DNA of 64,000 bases from Candidatus Hydrothermarchaeum profundi (GCA_002011125.2 MTMF02000009.1:84332-148331); one strand, 5' to 3'; positions 41,060-49,072 are shown, counted from the stretch's first letter. Numbers and translations are program-made. Notes: generated by a model from the sequence alone, not told the origin.

Positions 41060-41772
41060 TTCCTACCCTCCTTTAAATTTGCAATATATTCAGCTATGGC
41101 TTCTGCCTCTTCTTCCGAGACTCTTTGTGCTGGCATAGTTGCATCGGGATTAATCGATCTTGGGTCAAGTATATAGTTCTTAATGTAATCTTTATCTCGC
41201 TTCACTTGCTCAAACTCTGGTCCCTGTAGTCCTCCTACACCTCCTAGAGAATGGCATGCTAAGCATCCAGCTTCCTTTATAAGAGCTGCTCCTTTGCTCA
41301 TTCCTACTCCGGCTACAAGAATATTTACCCCTGGCTTATATTTTTGGTCTTGGGGTGGCCAATTATTGTTTTCAATCTCGCTTACCCATTTCAAAAAGGC
41401 TATTAGATTCTTCACCTCTTCCTCTGTTAGGTCATATTTCGGCATTTTTCTCATCGAGTTAGCAAAGACCTTATCAGGACCTAAGACTCTAACTTTTATG
41501 CCCTCCGCTCCTAGTCTCCAATATGCTTTTGTCATGTCTGGAGCGTAATATCCTCCGAAACCAAGTATAGTATGGCAATCATTGCAGTTATACTTCTCCC
41601 ATACAGCTTTTCCAGCAATGACTTGAGGAGTTAATTGGTCTGCGTGGGTTAATGCTGTAACTTGTCTATGGGTATCTATAGTAAGACCTAAGAGTATCAT
41701 TGCTGAAATCGAAGTTCCTATTATAAATATCCATTTAGCTGCTTTGAATTCCATAATATCCCTCCTTCTCAT
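41056..41772 (-). CDS. norC: Nitric oxide reductase subunit NorC fused to a second class-I cytochrome c domain
   Basis: TM anchor, GKAVWEKYNCNDCHTILGFGGYYAPD and FLKWVSEIENNNWPP match NorC. Residues ~150-238 add a second CLACH with a candidate Met ligand in DATMPA. The probable true start is the ATG at 41754, preceded by AGGAGG. ATGA overlap with norB. Confidence 0.9.
   Translation of the reverse strand: MRRRDIMEFKAAKWIFIIGTSISAMILLGLTIDTHRQVTALTHADQLTPQVIAGKAVWEKYNCNDCHTILGFGGYYAPDMTKAYWRLGAEGIKVRVLGPDKVFANSMRKMPKYDLTEEEVKNLIAFLKWVSEIENNNWPPQDQKYKPGVNILVAGVGMSKGAALIKEAGCLACHSLGGVGGLQGPEFEQVKRDKDYIKNYILDPRSINPDATMPAQRVSEEEAEAIAEYIANLKEGRK
41761..41766 (-). promoter_or_regulatory. Shine-Dalgarno AGGAGG 6 nt upstream of the second in-frame ATG (41754) of norC
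   Basis: The minus-sense sequence reads ATGAGAAGGAGGGATATTATGGAATTC. Confidence 0.5.
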
Positions 41773-41904
41773 TCATATGTAATTTCCTGAAATTTATGAC
41801 TAAAATACATCTCTAATATAAAAAAATTACTACTATATATTAAATATTAATTATAATAAAAAGCTTTATTTTATAGATATTTACTAAATATTCTTAAAGT
41901 TAAT

Positions 41905-42960
41905 CTACCAGTGAAAGCGGACATTAGATCTAACATTTCTTACCCCTCCCATCAAACCATCAACATGTTTAATTGTAGATGGCAATCCAGTCTTTTCAAA
42001 GAACTTTTCCCATCCAATTCTAGCAATCCAATCCCCAATTCTTTCGTCTCTACGAGCATCTTCCACCCACGTATCGATTATATTCTTAACCGCAGTTACT
42101 ACCTCAGGCCACTGCGGAGGATTATTTGGGATATATGGTATGACCATTTTTGCCCATGCAGGACCTGCACCCGTATTTCCAGCCTTTCCGCCCACGACGA
42201 TTGCTACTCCCGCAGTTTCAGGCCTCATAGTTAGTGCCTCGCAAGTCATGGTACAGTATGCACAGTATATACATCTTTCAGGATTAATTTCTATGCTGTA
42301 TTTGCCTTTTGGTCTAATTGCAGCCGTAGGACAAACTCTTATAGTGGTGGGTCTTTCACAAGCTTTGACCTTTTCTTCATTTATAACAGGCGGCTCTCTA
42401 TACACTCCAACAACACCTATGTTTGAAGTAGAACCCTCGCCACATTGGTTAATGCAACCTGAAACCGAGATTTTGAGCTTAGCAGGATACACTTCATCGT
42501 CTGCAACAAATTCTCCATAAAGAGCATCGGAAATAGCCTTAGCGATACTTGGAGAATCAGCGGCTGCCAATTGACAATGTAACCATCCAGTACAACAAGT
42601 GGTCTGATGAAATCTTCTTCCAGTACCACCTACTGGCAAACCTAATTCGTTGAGTTTAGTTATTAATTCGCTAATTTTTTCTTTTTCTACGCCCACGAAC
42701 TCCACATGATTTCTAGTGGTAACCCTGAAATAACCCTCTGAATATTCATCCGCAAGATCGCATATTTTATAAAGAGTAGAAGTACTCACTCTAGCATTTG
42801 TTGGCATTCCTACTCTAACAGTATAACACTCTTCTCCACCCTTAGATACATGCTTATACACTCCCGCCTTAACAAATTCATGACCAACCCACTTTCCATA
42901 GTTACGCATTATAATAGGGGGTAATACTTCCTCAAATGGAGGTATCCCTACACCGGGCAT
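41905..42960 (-). CDS. dsrB: Dissimilatory-type sulfite reductase beta subunit
   Basis: N-terminus LPPIIMRNYGKWVGHEFVKAGVYKHV, sirohaem/[4Fe-4S] cysteines CTGWLHC ... CINQC, and an inserted ferredoxin domain CIYCAYCTMTC. Confidence 0.85.
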   Translation of the reverse strand: MPGVGIPPFEEVLPPIIMRNYGKWVGHEFVKAGVYKHVSKGGEECYTVRVGMPTNARVSTSTLYKICDLADEYSEGYFRVTTRNHVEFVGVEKEKISELITKLNELGLPVGGTGRRFHQTTCCTGWLHCQLAAADSPSIAKAISDALYGEFVADDEVYPAKLKISVSGCINQCGEGSTSNIGVVGVYREPPVINEEKVKACERPTTIRVCPTAAIRPKGKYSIEINPERCIYCAYCTMTCEALTMRPETAGVAIVVGGKAGNTGAGPAWAKMVIPYIPNNPPQWPEVVTAVKNIIDTWVEDARRDERIGDWIARIGWEKFFEKTGLPSTIKHVDGLMGGVRNVRSNVRFHW

Positions 42961-42961
42961 A

Positions 42962-44104
42962 CTACATCAGCTCCTCTATCTTCCAATGATAAAAGAGGTT
43001 TTCTCTCGGAATAGTGAGTTCCCGTATATCAACTTCTACTCCAACCAATTTTATGAACTTGTCAAATCCAAATCTATGGAGAAACTCTCCCATACGTTCT
43101 TTAGGCATAGCATTCTCATCATAGACTTCTACAACTCTCTCTATAACATCCAAAATTTCCTTGAATTTAGGAGGAGAAGACTTAATGAACGGAACAAGGA
43201 CCTTAGCCAATGTAGGGCCATATTTACTCCTGAACTTACCTCCAACCAGGATGGATGCCCCTCGATCTTCTCCAGGACTAATCGCAGGACACTGATTTAT
43301 GCAATACATGCAATGAACACAGGCTTCTGAATCTATTGTAAGCTCATTTCCATCCCAACTCATAGCCCAGGTGGGGCACTTAGAGCAAATATAGTTAATG
43401 TCCCCGCCATTTTCAACCCAGCTCACTAATTTTTCCTGATCTACTAATGGCGCATCTCTAAAAGTTCCACACACAAAGATCTCGCTTTTGTGGATTCCAA
43501 GCACACAATCATTTGGACAGCCCGCTGCTTTGGTTTTTATCTTATGAGGAAACCTAGGATACTGCATATCATCTAACAAGTGCTTTGTGAATGCATTTCT
43601 AAATCCAATGGTATCGAACAACGCTACGTCACATCTCGCAGGACCAATACAAGCTTTAACCGTTCGAAGAGTGACATCCGTAGAGCCTACATCCAGACCA
43701 ATTTTTTCCACTTCTTTTACGAGATCAGGAATCTTGTCATGCGGTACTTCGATAAGCTCTATATCGCTTGTAGTTGCAAATAGATGAATAAGGCTCCCAC
43801 TATATTTTTCAGCGATTCTACATAGCTCTCGGCACATTTTCGTGGTGAAAAAAAGTCCTGGTGGAGGGAATATGCGTACAACACTTGATTCCTTTATTAT
43901 ATCAGGTCTTTTGGATGCCCGGGCAATTATACCACTAGGTACTCCGAATATTGAAATGTACCCGCCTCCCCGCCACTGGCTAACTTTGTTCTGTAAGGCT
44001 TCTTCATACATCATTATAGAATACTGTGATTTCTTTAACTCCGATGCATGACTGGGCCATGGTCCTTTACAAAGCTCGTCTACAAGAGGAGTATTTAATG
44101 TCAT
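42962..44104 (-). CDS. dsrA: Dissimilatory-type sulfite reductase alpha subunit
   Basis: N-terminus TPLVDELCKGPWPSHASELKK, CIGPARC ... CPNDC, ferredoxin insert CVHCMYCINQCP. A 1-nt gap separates it from dsrB. Confidence 0.85.
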   Translation of the reverse strand: MTLNTPLVDELCKGPWPSHASELKKSQYSIMMYEEALQNKVSQWRGGGYISIFGVPSGIIARASKRPDIIKESSVVRIFPPPGLFFTTKMCRELCRIAEKYSGSLIHLFATTSDIELIEVPHDKIPDLVKEVEKIGLDVGSTDVTLRTVKACIGPARCDVALFDTIGFRNAFTKHLLDDMQYPRFPHKIKTKAAGCPNDCVLGIHKSEIFVCGTFRDAPLVDQEKLVSWVENGGDINYICSKCPTWAMSWDGNELTIDSEACVHCMYCINQCPAISPGEDRGASILVGGKFRSKYGPTLAKVLVPFIKSSPPKFKEILDVIERVVEVYDENAMPKERMGEFLHRFGFDKFIKLVGVEVDIRELTIPRENLFYHWKIEELM

Positions 44105-44154
44105 AATTCTTTCTCGACTTATTTACTCATTAATTTTTTAATAAAAATATATCT

Positions 44155-44198
44155 GCTTTAAATTAAATATAAATAAAGTAAAATCGCTTTAAATTAAA
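44155..44198. repeat. 13-nt direct repeat GCTTTAAATTAAA (x2, starts 31 nt apart) in the nrdG-dsrA intergenic region
   Basis: Copies at 44155-44167 and 44186-44198, about 50 and 80 nt upstream of the dsrA start codon (minus strand). Each contains a TTTAAA TATA-like core. Confidence 0.5.
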
Positions 44199-44259
44199 AT
44201 AGGTCTGTGCAGATTTTTTCACATCTGAATAAAAAGTAGCGTTTTTTAAACAGACTTTC

Positions 44260-44961
44260 TTATTTACCTCTAAAAAAAGCCTTATCTACATTGCAACTGA
44301 TGATCTTAACCAGCTTTTTCATATCATCATCGCTTAAAACTCTCGAATTCCTAAGGCCCCTGTCCATAGCAAATCTCGGCTGGAATTTCTGTAATACGTA
44401 AAGTTTAGCTCCTTTTATATCCCTCGAAATTTGCTCTATGTCCCTAAAAGTATGTAAAGACGGAACTACAGTCGTCCTAAACTCGTACTCTACTCCACTA
44501 TTCTTTATTAAATTTACACTCTCTCTAATCTTATCAACTTCGCATCGCACTCCACTGACTTCAGAATACTGCTCTTCATTTAAGGGAGCTTTTATGTCCA
44601 TAGCAATATAGTCCACAAGGTCTTTTTCCAAAAGCCTTCTAACAACTGTAGGGTTAGTGCCATTCGTATCGAGTTTTATCTTTATCCCCAGCTTCTTCAC
44701 TCTCTCGCAAAACTTATCTAGTCCTTTTTGTAATGTTGGCTCACCGCCTGTAATACAAACTCCATCTATAAAGTCATTATGCTTAGTGAGAAAATCAAAA
44801 ATTTCCTCTTCTTTAACATCTTCATACTGCTCAGGGTTAAGAACTAACCCATGATTATGGCAAAAAGGACATCGTAGGTTACATCCCGGAGTAAAGACTG
44901 TGCATGCTACCTTTCCATCCCAATCTAGGAAAGTTGTATCGATAAATCCTTTAATTTGCAT
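44260..44961 (-). CDS. nrdG: Anaerobic ribonucleotide reductase activating radical-SAM protein
   Basis: FTPGCNLRCPFCHN radical-SAM CxxxCxxC, ITGGEPT, and operon context with nrdD. Confidence 0.85.
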   Translation of the reverse strand: MQIKGFIDTTFLDWDGKVACTVFTPGCNLRCPFCHNHGLVLNPEQYEDVKEEEIFDFLTKHNDFIDGVCITGGEPTLQKGLDKFCERVKKLGIKIKLDTNGTNPTVVRRLLEKDLVDYIAMDIKAPLNEEQYSEVSGVRCEVDKIRESVNLIKNSGVEYEFRTTVVPSLHTFRDIEQISRDIKGAKLYVLQKFQPRFAMDRGLRNSRVLSDDDMKKLVKIISCNVDKAFFRGK

Positions 44962-45197
44962 ATCTCATTCCTGTCCGGTATCTCTCCTCTCCAAGAGCGA
45001 AGCTCATTATCATCATCATCAACTATAATTGTAGTAGGAGTTGAAAGCACGCTATAAAATGCTGCTTCTGCCATTCCATCCACGTCTTCAATGTTAAAGT
45101 ACTCAACCGCGATTCCATCTTTCTCTAAACTTTTACAGATTTCTTTCGTAGGGGGACATTTAGAGCAATTTTCTTGCCAGAATAGCTTGACTTTCAT
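44925..45197 (-). CDS. Glutaredoxin/NrdH-like small redoxin
   Basis: 90 aa with thioredoxin-fold pattern: KVKLFWQENCSKCPPTKE (CxxC) and STPTTII (cis-Pro region). Confidence 0.7.
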   Translation of the reverse strand: MKVKLFWQENCSKCPPTKEICKSLEKDGIAVEYFNIEDVDGMAEAAFYSVLSTPTTIIVDDDDNELRSWRGEIPDRNEICKLKDLSIQLS

Positions 45198-45259
45198 TTC
45201 AGTTACCTCCGAACTAAAAAATTTGAGGGACCTCTCCTCCTCTCAAAACGCGGGGTTAC

Positions 45260-45409
45260 TTAGTTGGCGAAATGCCATCTATCCCTCGCCATCCGGTCCC
45301 TCAGTTCTCCTATTTTTCCCTTATTCCAACCTTCTACTTTTGAGAAAAACCCTGTCACTCTCGTGATGTGTTCTACGTTTTCTGAGCCACAGCATGGACA
45401 TCTATCCAT
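45260..45409 (-). CDS. Stand-alone glycyl-radical / half-zinc-ribbon C-terminal module of NrdD (49 aa)
   Basis: MDRCPCCGSENVEHITRVTGFFSKVEGWNKGKIGELRDR carries the CPxCG half of the NrdD zinc site and the RVxG(Y/F) glycyl-radical motif with the WNxGKxxE tail. The tracked ORF starts at a GTG (45451), but the ATG at 45409 has a canonical SD. Confidence 0.7.
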   Translation of the reverse strand: MDRCPCCGSENVEHITRVTGFFSKVEGWNKGKIGELRDRMARDRWHFAN

Positions 45410-45415
45410 CTTTTT

Positions 45416-45422
45416 CACCTCC
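45416..45422 (-). promoter_or_regulatory. Shine-Dalgarno GGAGGTG between the nrdD stop (45426-45428) and the ATG at 45409
   Basis: The minus-sense sequence reads TAA-AAA-GGAGGTG-AAAAAG-ATG. The same GGAGGTGA element precedes the gene at 902. Confidence 0.55.
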
Positions 45423-45425
45423 TTT

Positions 45426-47366
45426 TTATAGTCCTCTTGTTGTACGCCCACAATCCAGGCAGCTTGTAAACTCGGGGCTAAATGCGATTTGATCGTTTTG
45501 AGTATTTTTGAATGTTTTAACTACAAAACTCGCTATTCCGCCTGGATCAGGCCTCGCTTCACCAATCCATATATGGGAGAGCGATCCTGCTTCTATTAAT
45601 GGGTGAAACATTCCTTCTTTTTTAACTCTCTCAATCGGGCTTAGAGGCACTCCAACGTTAAGATAAGTCGAATTAGTATAATAAATTTCATTTTTTTCAA
45701 CAATCCCTTTAACTACCGTAAGCGCTTCGTCTCTGTAATGCTCCAAATCTAGTTTGGCCATTCTATAAGCAGTACTTTCCGCGGGAGTTTGCTCTAGAAC
45801 AAATCTAAGTCCATATTTCTCCCCAAGTCTTTCTGCCTCTTTTTTCATGAAAGCAATCACTCTTAGACCAAATTTCAAGGCTTGATTTGACTCATGCATC
45901 TCCTCTCCAGTATGGTATTGTACGAGCTCGTTTAAACCCACCATCCCAAAGAGGAAAGTTGCTCTGTGCAATCTATAATATGGTTCTCCATCTCTATTCA
46001 TAGAGAGCAAGCTTAGGGGGCCCTGATTTTTCATGTCCAATAATTTCTTAATAAAGTTCCTCTTGTAGACATGTGCTCTAGCCATAAGCTCCATTCTTTC
46101 AGTTATTATCTCGAAGAGCCTCTCATCACTTCCGCCCGCTTCATACGCCACTCTCGGGAGGTTGAGGGTTACATTTTGCATGGCTGAATAGCGCATCTTC
46201 CATGGAGTTTTTGCATCCTCAAAATCTGATTTCTCAAGCTTAAAGGAAAGCCGGCAGCACTCACTTATCTTTGCTGTTTCACCCCGGTCGAATACGTAAT
46301 AAGTGTTACCTTTATCAGAAGAAACATCAGAGATTAGGTAAAGGAAATCCTCGTATCCTTCCGTTTTGAATAATCTCTCTGTTATGTGTACCTGAGGTTT
46401 GGGGAAAAAGAAGGGTCTTCCAAGGCCATCACCTTCTTTGTATACTTTGAAAAGCGCTATAGCAAATTTCTGAGATTCTTCGATATAATCCTCATAGTTA
46501 TTCCCCGTAAATTTTCCTCCAGGACCTATAGCAGGAACTCCAATAAAGTGTTTTGGTATTTCCCAATATATATTCAAATCAGAGAATATAGACTGCCCCC
46601 CACGAGCCACGCTTTGCTGAGCAAACTCAAAGATAAGCATCTGTGCTAACTGTTCTAGTTTCTCATTATCCACTCCTACAAGATAAGGTGCAAAAAATAG
46701 GTTTACTGCGTCCCATCCGATAGCTCCCGCAAAATTGCCTTGAAGTGCTGCAGAAAACTTTATCATTTGCCCTATTAGAACTTCAGGATGTTTAGCTGGC
46801 TTTGATATAGATATTGCGTTAGGGAGGCTTAAACCAAACTTTTTTACATATTCTAGCGAGTTTCCAGAACAGTATGGCCTATCTATCATTCCTAAATCAT
46901 GTAAATGGAAATCCCCTTTCTCATGAGCTACAGCAATTTCTGGAGGAAATATTTTTAAAAGTGCATATTGCTTCTTTATTGACTCTGCCAAGGTTAGATT
47001 CGTAGCTTCAGGGCCATGAGGTACATTGGCGTTTTCTCTATTTCGTGATATAAGCATTTGATCTACATCATATATTGGTAACCCTAACCGGGTATGCTGT
47101 TTTCTCTCCTCTTCCAATCCATATTCTATGAGTTTCCCATTTACAACTTCACGTATTAGAGGAGCCGTGATAAACTTTATCTTAGATTTAATTATGGTTT
47201 CTTCGACTTCCTTACTTATTTTTTCAGCAAGTTCGGGGGATATGGTGGTTTCTCTAAGAAGTGCTTCCACTATACTTTTTCTGTCCCATTTAACTACATC
47301 CTCTCTTGAAACCTTAACAAAGAGGGCAGCATCGGTTGAATCGTTTGAAACTATCATTCCAATCAC
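45426..47366 (-). CDS. nrdD: Anaerobic (class III) ribonucleoside-triphosphate reductase, large part lacking the glycyl-radical C-terminus
   Basis: 646 aa with an ATP-cone-like N-terminus and GDFHLHDLG. It ends right after the first zinc CxxC (SCLDCGRTTRGL-stop). Confidence 0.9.
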   Translation of the reverse strand: MIGMIVSNDSTDAALFVKVSREDVVKWDRKSIVEALLRETTISPELAEKISKEVEETIIKSKIKFITAPLIREVVNGKLIEYGLEEERKQHTRLGLPIYDVDQMLISRNRENANVPHGPEATNLTLAESIKKQYALLKIFPPEIAVAHEKGDFHLHDLGMIDRPYCSGNSLEYVKKFGLSLPNAISISKPAKHPEVLIGQMIKFSAALQGNFAGAIGWDAVNLFFAPYLVGVDNEKLEQLAQMLIFEFAQQSVARGGQSIFSDLNIYWEIPKHFIGVPAIGPGGKFTGNNYEDYIEESQKFAIALFKVYKEGDGLGRPFFFPKPQVHITERLFKTEGYEDFLYLISDVSSDKGNTYYVFDRGETAKISECCRLSFKLEKSDFEDAKTPWKMRYSAMQNVTLNLPRVAYEAGGSDERLFEIITERMELMARAHVYKRNFIKKLLDMKNQGPLSLLSMNRDGEPYYRLHRATFLFGMVGLNELVQYHTGEEMHESNQALKFGLRVIAFMKKEAERLGEKYGLRFVLEQTPAESTAYRMAKLDLEHYRDEALTVVKGIVEKNEIYYTNSTYLNVGVPLSPIERVKKEGMFHPLIEAGSLSHIWIGEARPDPGGIASFVVKTFKNTQNDQIAFSPEFTSCLDCGRTTRGL

Positions 47367-47505
47367 TTCGGTATTCTAACAAAATATCATTTATGTGTTA
47401 ATGTAATAAACAAATTTTGATTATATAAGCTTTTCTATGTGATGATGTTAACATATTACTGCATATTTATTTATAAAATTAACTAAATTTCCTTGGAAGT
47501 AAAAT

Positions 47506-47523
47506 ACTATTTTTAAAAATAGT
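47506..47523. promoter_or_regulatory. Perfect 18-bp palindrome ACTATTTTTAAAAATAGT upstream of the nrdD operon
   Basis: Read directly. It lies about 140 nt upstream of the nrdD start and about 50 nt downstream of the stop of the 47574..48287 gene, so it could be an operator or a bidirectional terminator element. Confidence 0.3.
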
Positions 47524-47573
47524 TTGAAAGTCTAACATATGAGCTACCCAAAAACACATTTAATAAAAAATTT

Positions 47574-48287
47574 TTATTCTCCTTCCAACTTATACTTCAA
47601 AAAAAGTTCTTTTAACCGAGGTATCAACTCACAATTCTTTTTAATGTACAATACATATCGGGGGTGATAGATATTTCTCTCTCTATCCCGCATTATAAAA
47701 GGTTCAAAAGGAAAAGTTAAATGGGCTTCTTTTACTTCTTTATCTTCGCCTATATCAATCATTTTAAAAGACACATCTTCTTTAATATCGCAATAAATAG
47801 GAGGAACTACTTTTTCTTTTCCCTTGGTGCTAGCAATTTTGGGGGCTGCTTCTTCATCCCAAGCTTTCTTAAACTCGGGCCTAAGTATAAAATAGATTTT
47901 TTTAGTCTTAGAACTCTCTATGGCTGGCTTTAAAAGTTTTTCATACATCTCAGGTCTCCTAAATCCAAGGGGAGTATTGAACCACCACATCTCCCCCCTA
48001 TTTCTAAGAGCAAATTCTTCGCCTTCTTTCAGTAAATCTGATGGCCCAATCAGTTCAATTTCCAGCTCTTTGCCTAGTCGCTCTTCAATTCTTAACAATT
48101 TTTTAGATTCTTCTTCATCTCTTACAGCCTGATGAAGAGCATGCAATGCTAGTAATAGCAAGATAAGGGATATAAGATATTTTTCAGGTAGCATTCCTAC
48201 GTGATGTAGGATTATCCCTAAAAAACTAGCTGCCACTAAAATAAGTACATCCAGATTCTTTTCTAGATTAGAAAGCCATTTTATCAT
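47574..48287 (-). CDS. Hypothetical membrane-anchored protein (2 N-terminal TM helices)
   Basis: A long ORF with a hydrophobic N-terminus. No motif recognised. Confidence 0.5.
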   Translation of the reverse strand: MIKWLSNLEKNLDVLILVAASFLGIILHHVGMLPEKYLISLILLLLALHALHQAVRDEEESKKLLRIEERLGKELEIELIGPSDLLKEGEEFALRNRGEMWWFNTPLGFRRPEMYEKLLKPAIESSKTKKIYFILRPEFKKAWDEEAAPKIASTKGKEKVVPPIYCDIKEDVSFKMIDIGEDKEVKEAHLTFPFEPFIMRDRERNIYHPRYVLYIKKNCELIPRLKELFLKYKLEGE

Positions 48288-48335
48288 ACTATGAGTATTG
48301 TTTCCCTTTACATAAATATGATTACATAAAATCCA

Positions 48336-49010
48336 CTAAAACATTAGGGACAACCATTTTGTAAAGAAGTCTGTGGAGCTTTCCTTTATATAAGTCAAAT
48401 GCTCCGAGGTCTTAGATAGCCCTCTTACTCTAATTCCACTTTTATCACTCCAAGCATTTATCATCTCATCTGTCATTTCTAAATGAAATTGAAGCGCATA
48501 AATGTTGCCTACCTTAAATGCCTGATTTTTATATAGAGTTGACGTTGCAAGCCGTATTGCTTTTTTAGGCAGATCAAAAGTATCACCGTGCCATTGAAAT
48601 ACTGGAAAACTTTGATGAAAACTACGAAAGAGAAAATCTTTTTGGCCTTCTTTCGTTAGTCTAACTCGATACCACCCTATTTCTTTTTTATGCCCGGCAT
48701 AGACTTTCGCCCCAAATGCTTTAGCAATAAGCTGGCACCCTAGACAAATACCAAGTAAAGGTTTACCTTGTAAAAAAGCTTCTTTAATTATCGAAATCTC
48801 TTCTTTCAAAAAAGGATATTTTTTATCATCATACACCCCCATAGGTCCCCCCAGAATGAGTATACCTCTATAATTATCAAGAGAGGGGATCTTCTCTCCT
48901 TTGAATATTTTTACATAGCGATAATTAAAACCTTCATCTACTATTATGTCTTCCAGTATACCCAGAGTTTCTCCATTAGCATTTTGAAGAGCTAGAATCT
49001 TATAAGCCAC
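48336..49010 (-). CDS. Class I glutamine amidotransferase-like protein
   Basis: ILGGPMGVYDD, nucleophile elbow GICLGCQL, and HLE near the C-terminus. Confidence 0.8.
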   Translation of the reverse strand: MAYKILALQNANGETLGILEDIIVDEGFNYRYVKIFKGEKIPSLDNYRGILILGGPMGVYDDKKYPFLKEEISIIKEAFLQGKPLLGICLGCQLIAKAFGAKVYAGHKKEIGWYRVRLTKEGQKDFLFRSFHQSFPVFQWHGDTFDLPKKAIRLATSTLYKNQAFKVGNIYALQFHLEMTDEMINAWSDKSGIRVRGLSKTSEHLTYIKESSTDFFTKWLSLMF

Positions 49011-49072
49011 TTCTAACCCTCTATAACCTACAACTTGGAACCGTTTGCGGAAAAACAGCGGTATGAGTAAGC

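Noticed and set aside
41905-44104. Reading the sulfite reductase pair as an assimilatory or small monomeric sirohaem sulfite/nitrite reductase, or AsrC.
   Set aside because: There are two paralogous subunits. Each has the C-x5-C...C-x3-C motif and an inserted CxxCxxCxxxC ferredoxin domain, with DsrA/DsrB-type N-termini. That matches the dissimilatory heterodimer architecture.
45198-45259. Hairpin plus T6 tract between the glycyl-radical mini-ORF and the redoxin gene (possible internal terminator or attenuator).
   Set aside because: The stem is short and bulged (about 8 bp), and downstream nrdG needs read-through to be expressed. Noted but not called as a terminator.
45405-45455. Treating the nrdD interruption simply as a pseudogene or assembly frameshift.
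   Set aside because: Not fully excluded, but not adopted as the primary call. The stop, GGAGGTG, 6-nt spacer and ATG form a canonical restart. Both pieces are otherwise intact, and nrdG and the redoxin gene are intact. Kept as the alternative hypothesis in the finding.
47439-47445. C-box-like GTGATGA in the nrdD upstream region (possible C/D box sRNA).
   Set aside because: There is no matching D box (CTGA) at the right spacing, no C-prime/D-prime pair and no terminal stem.
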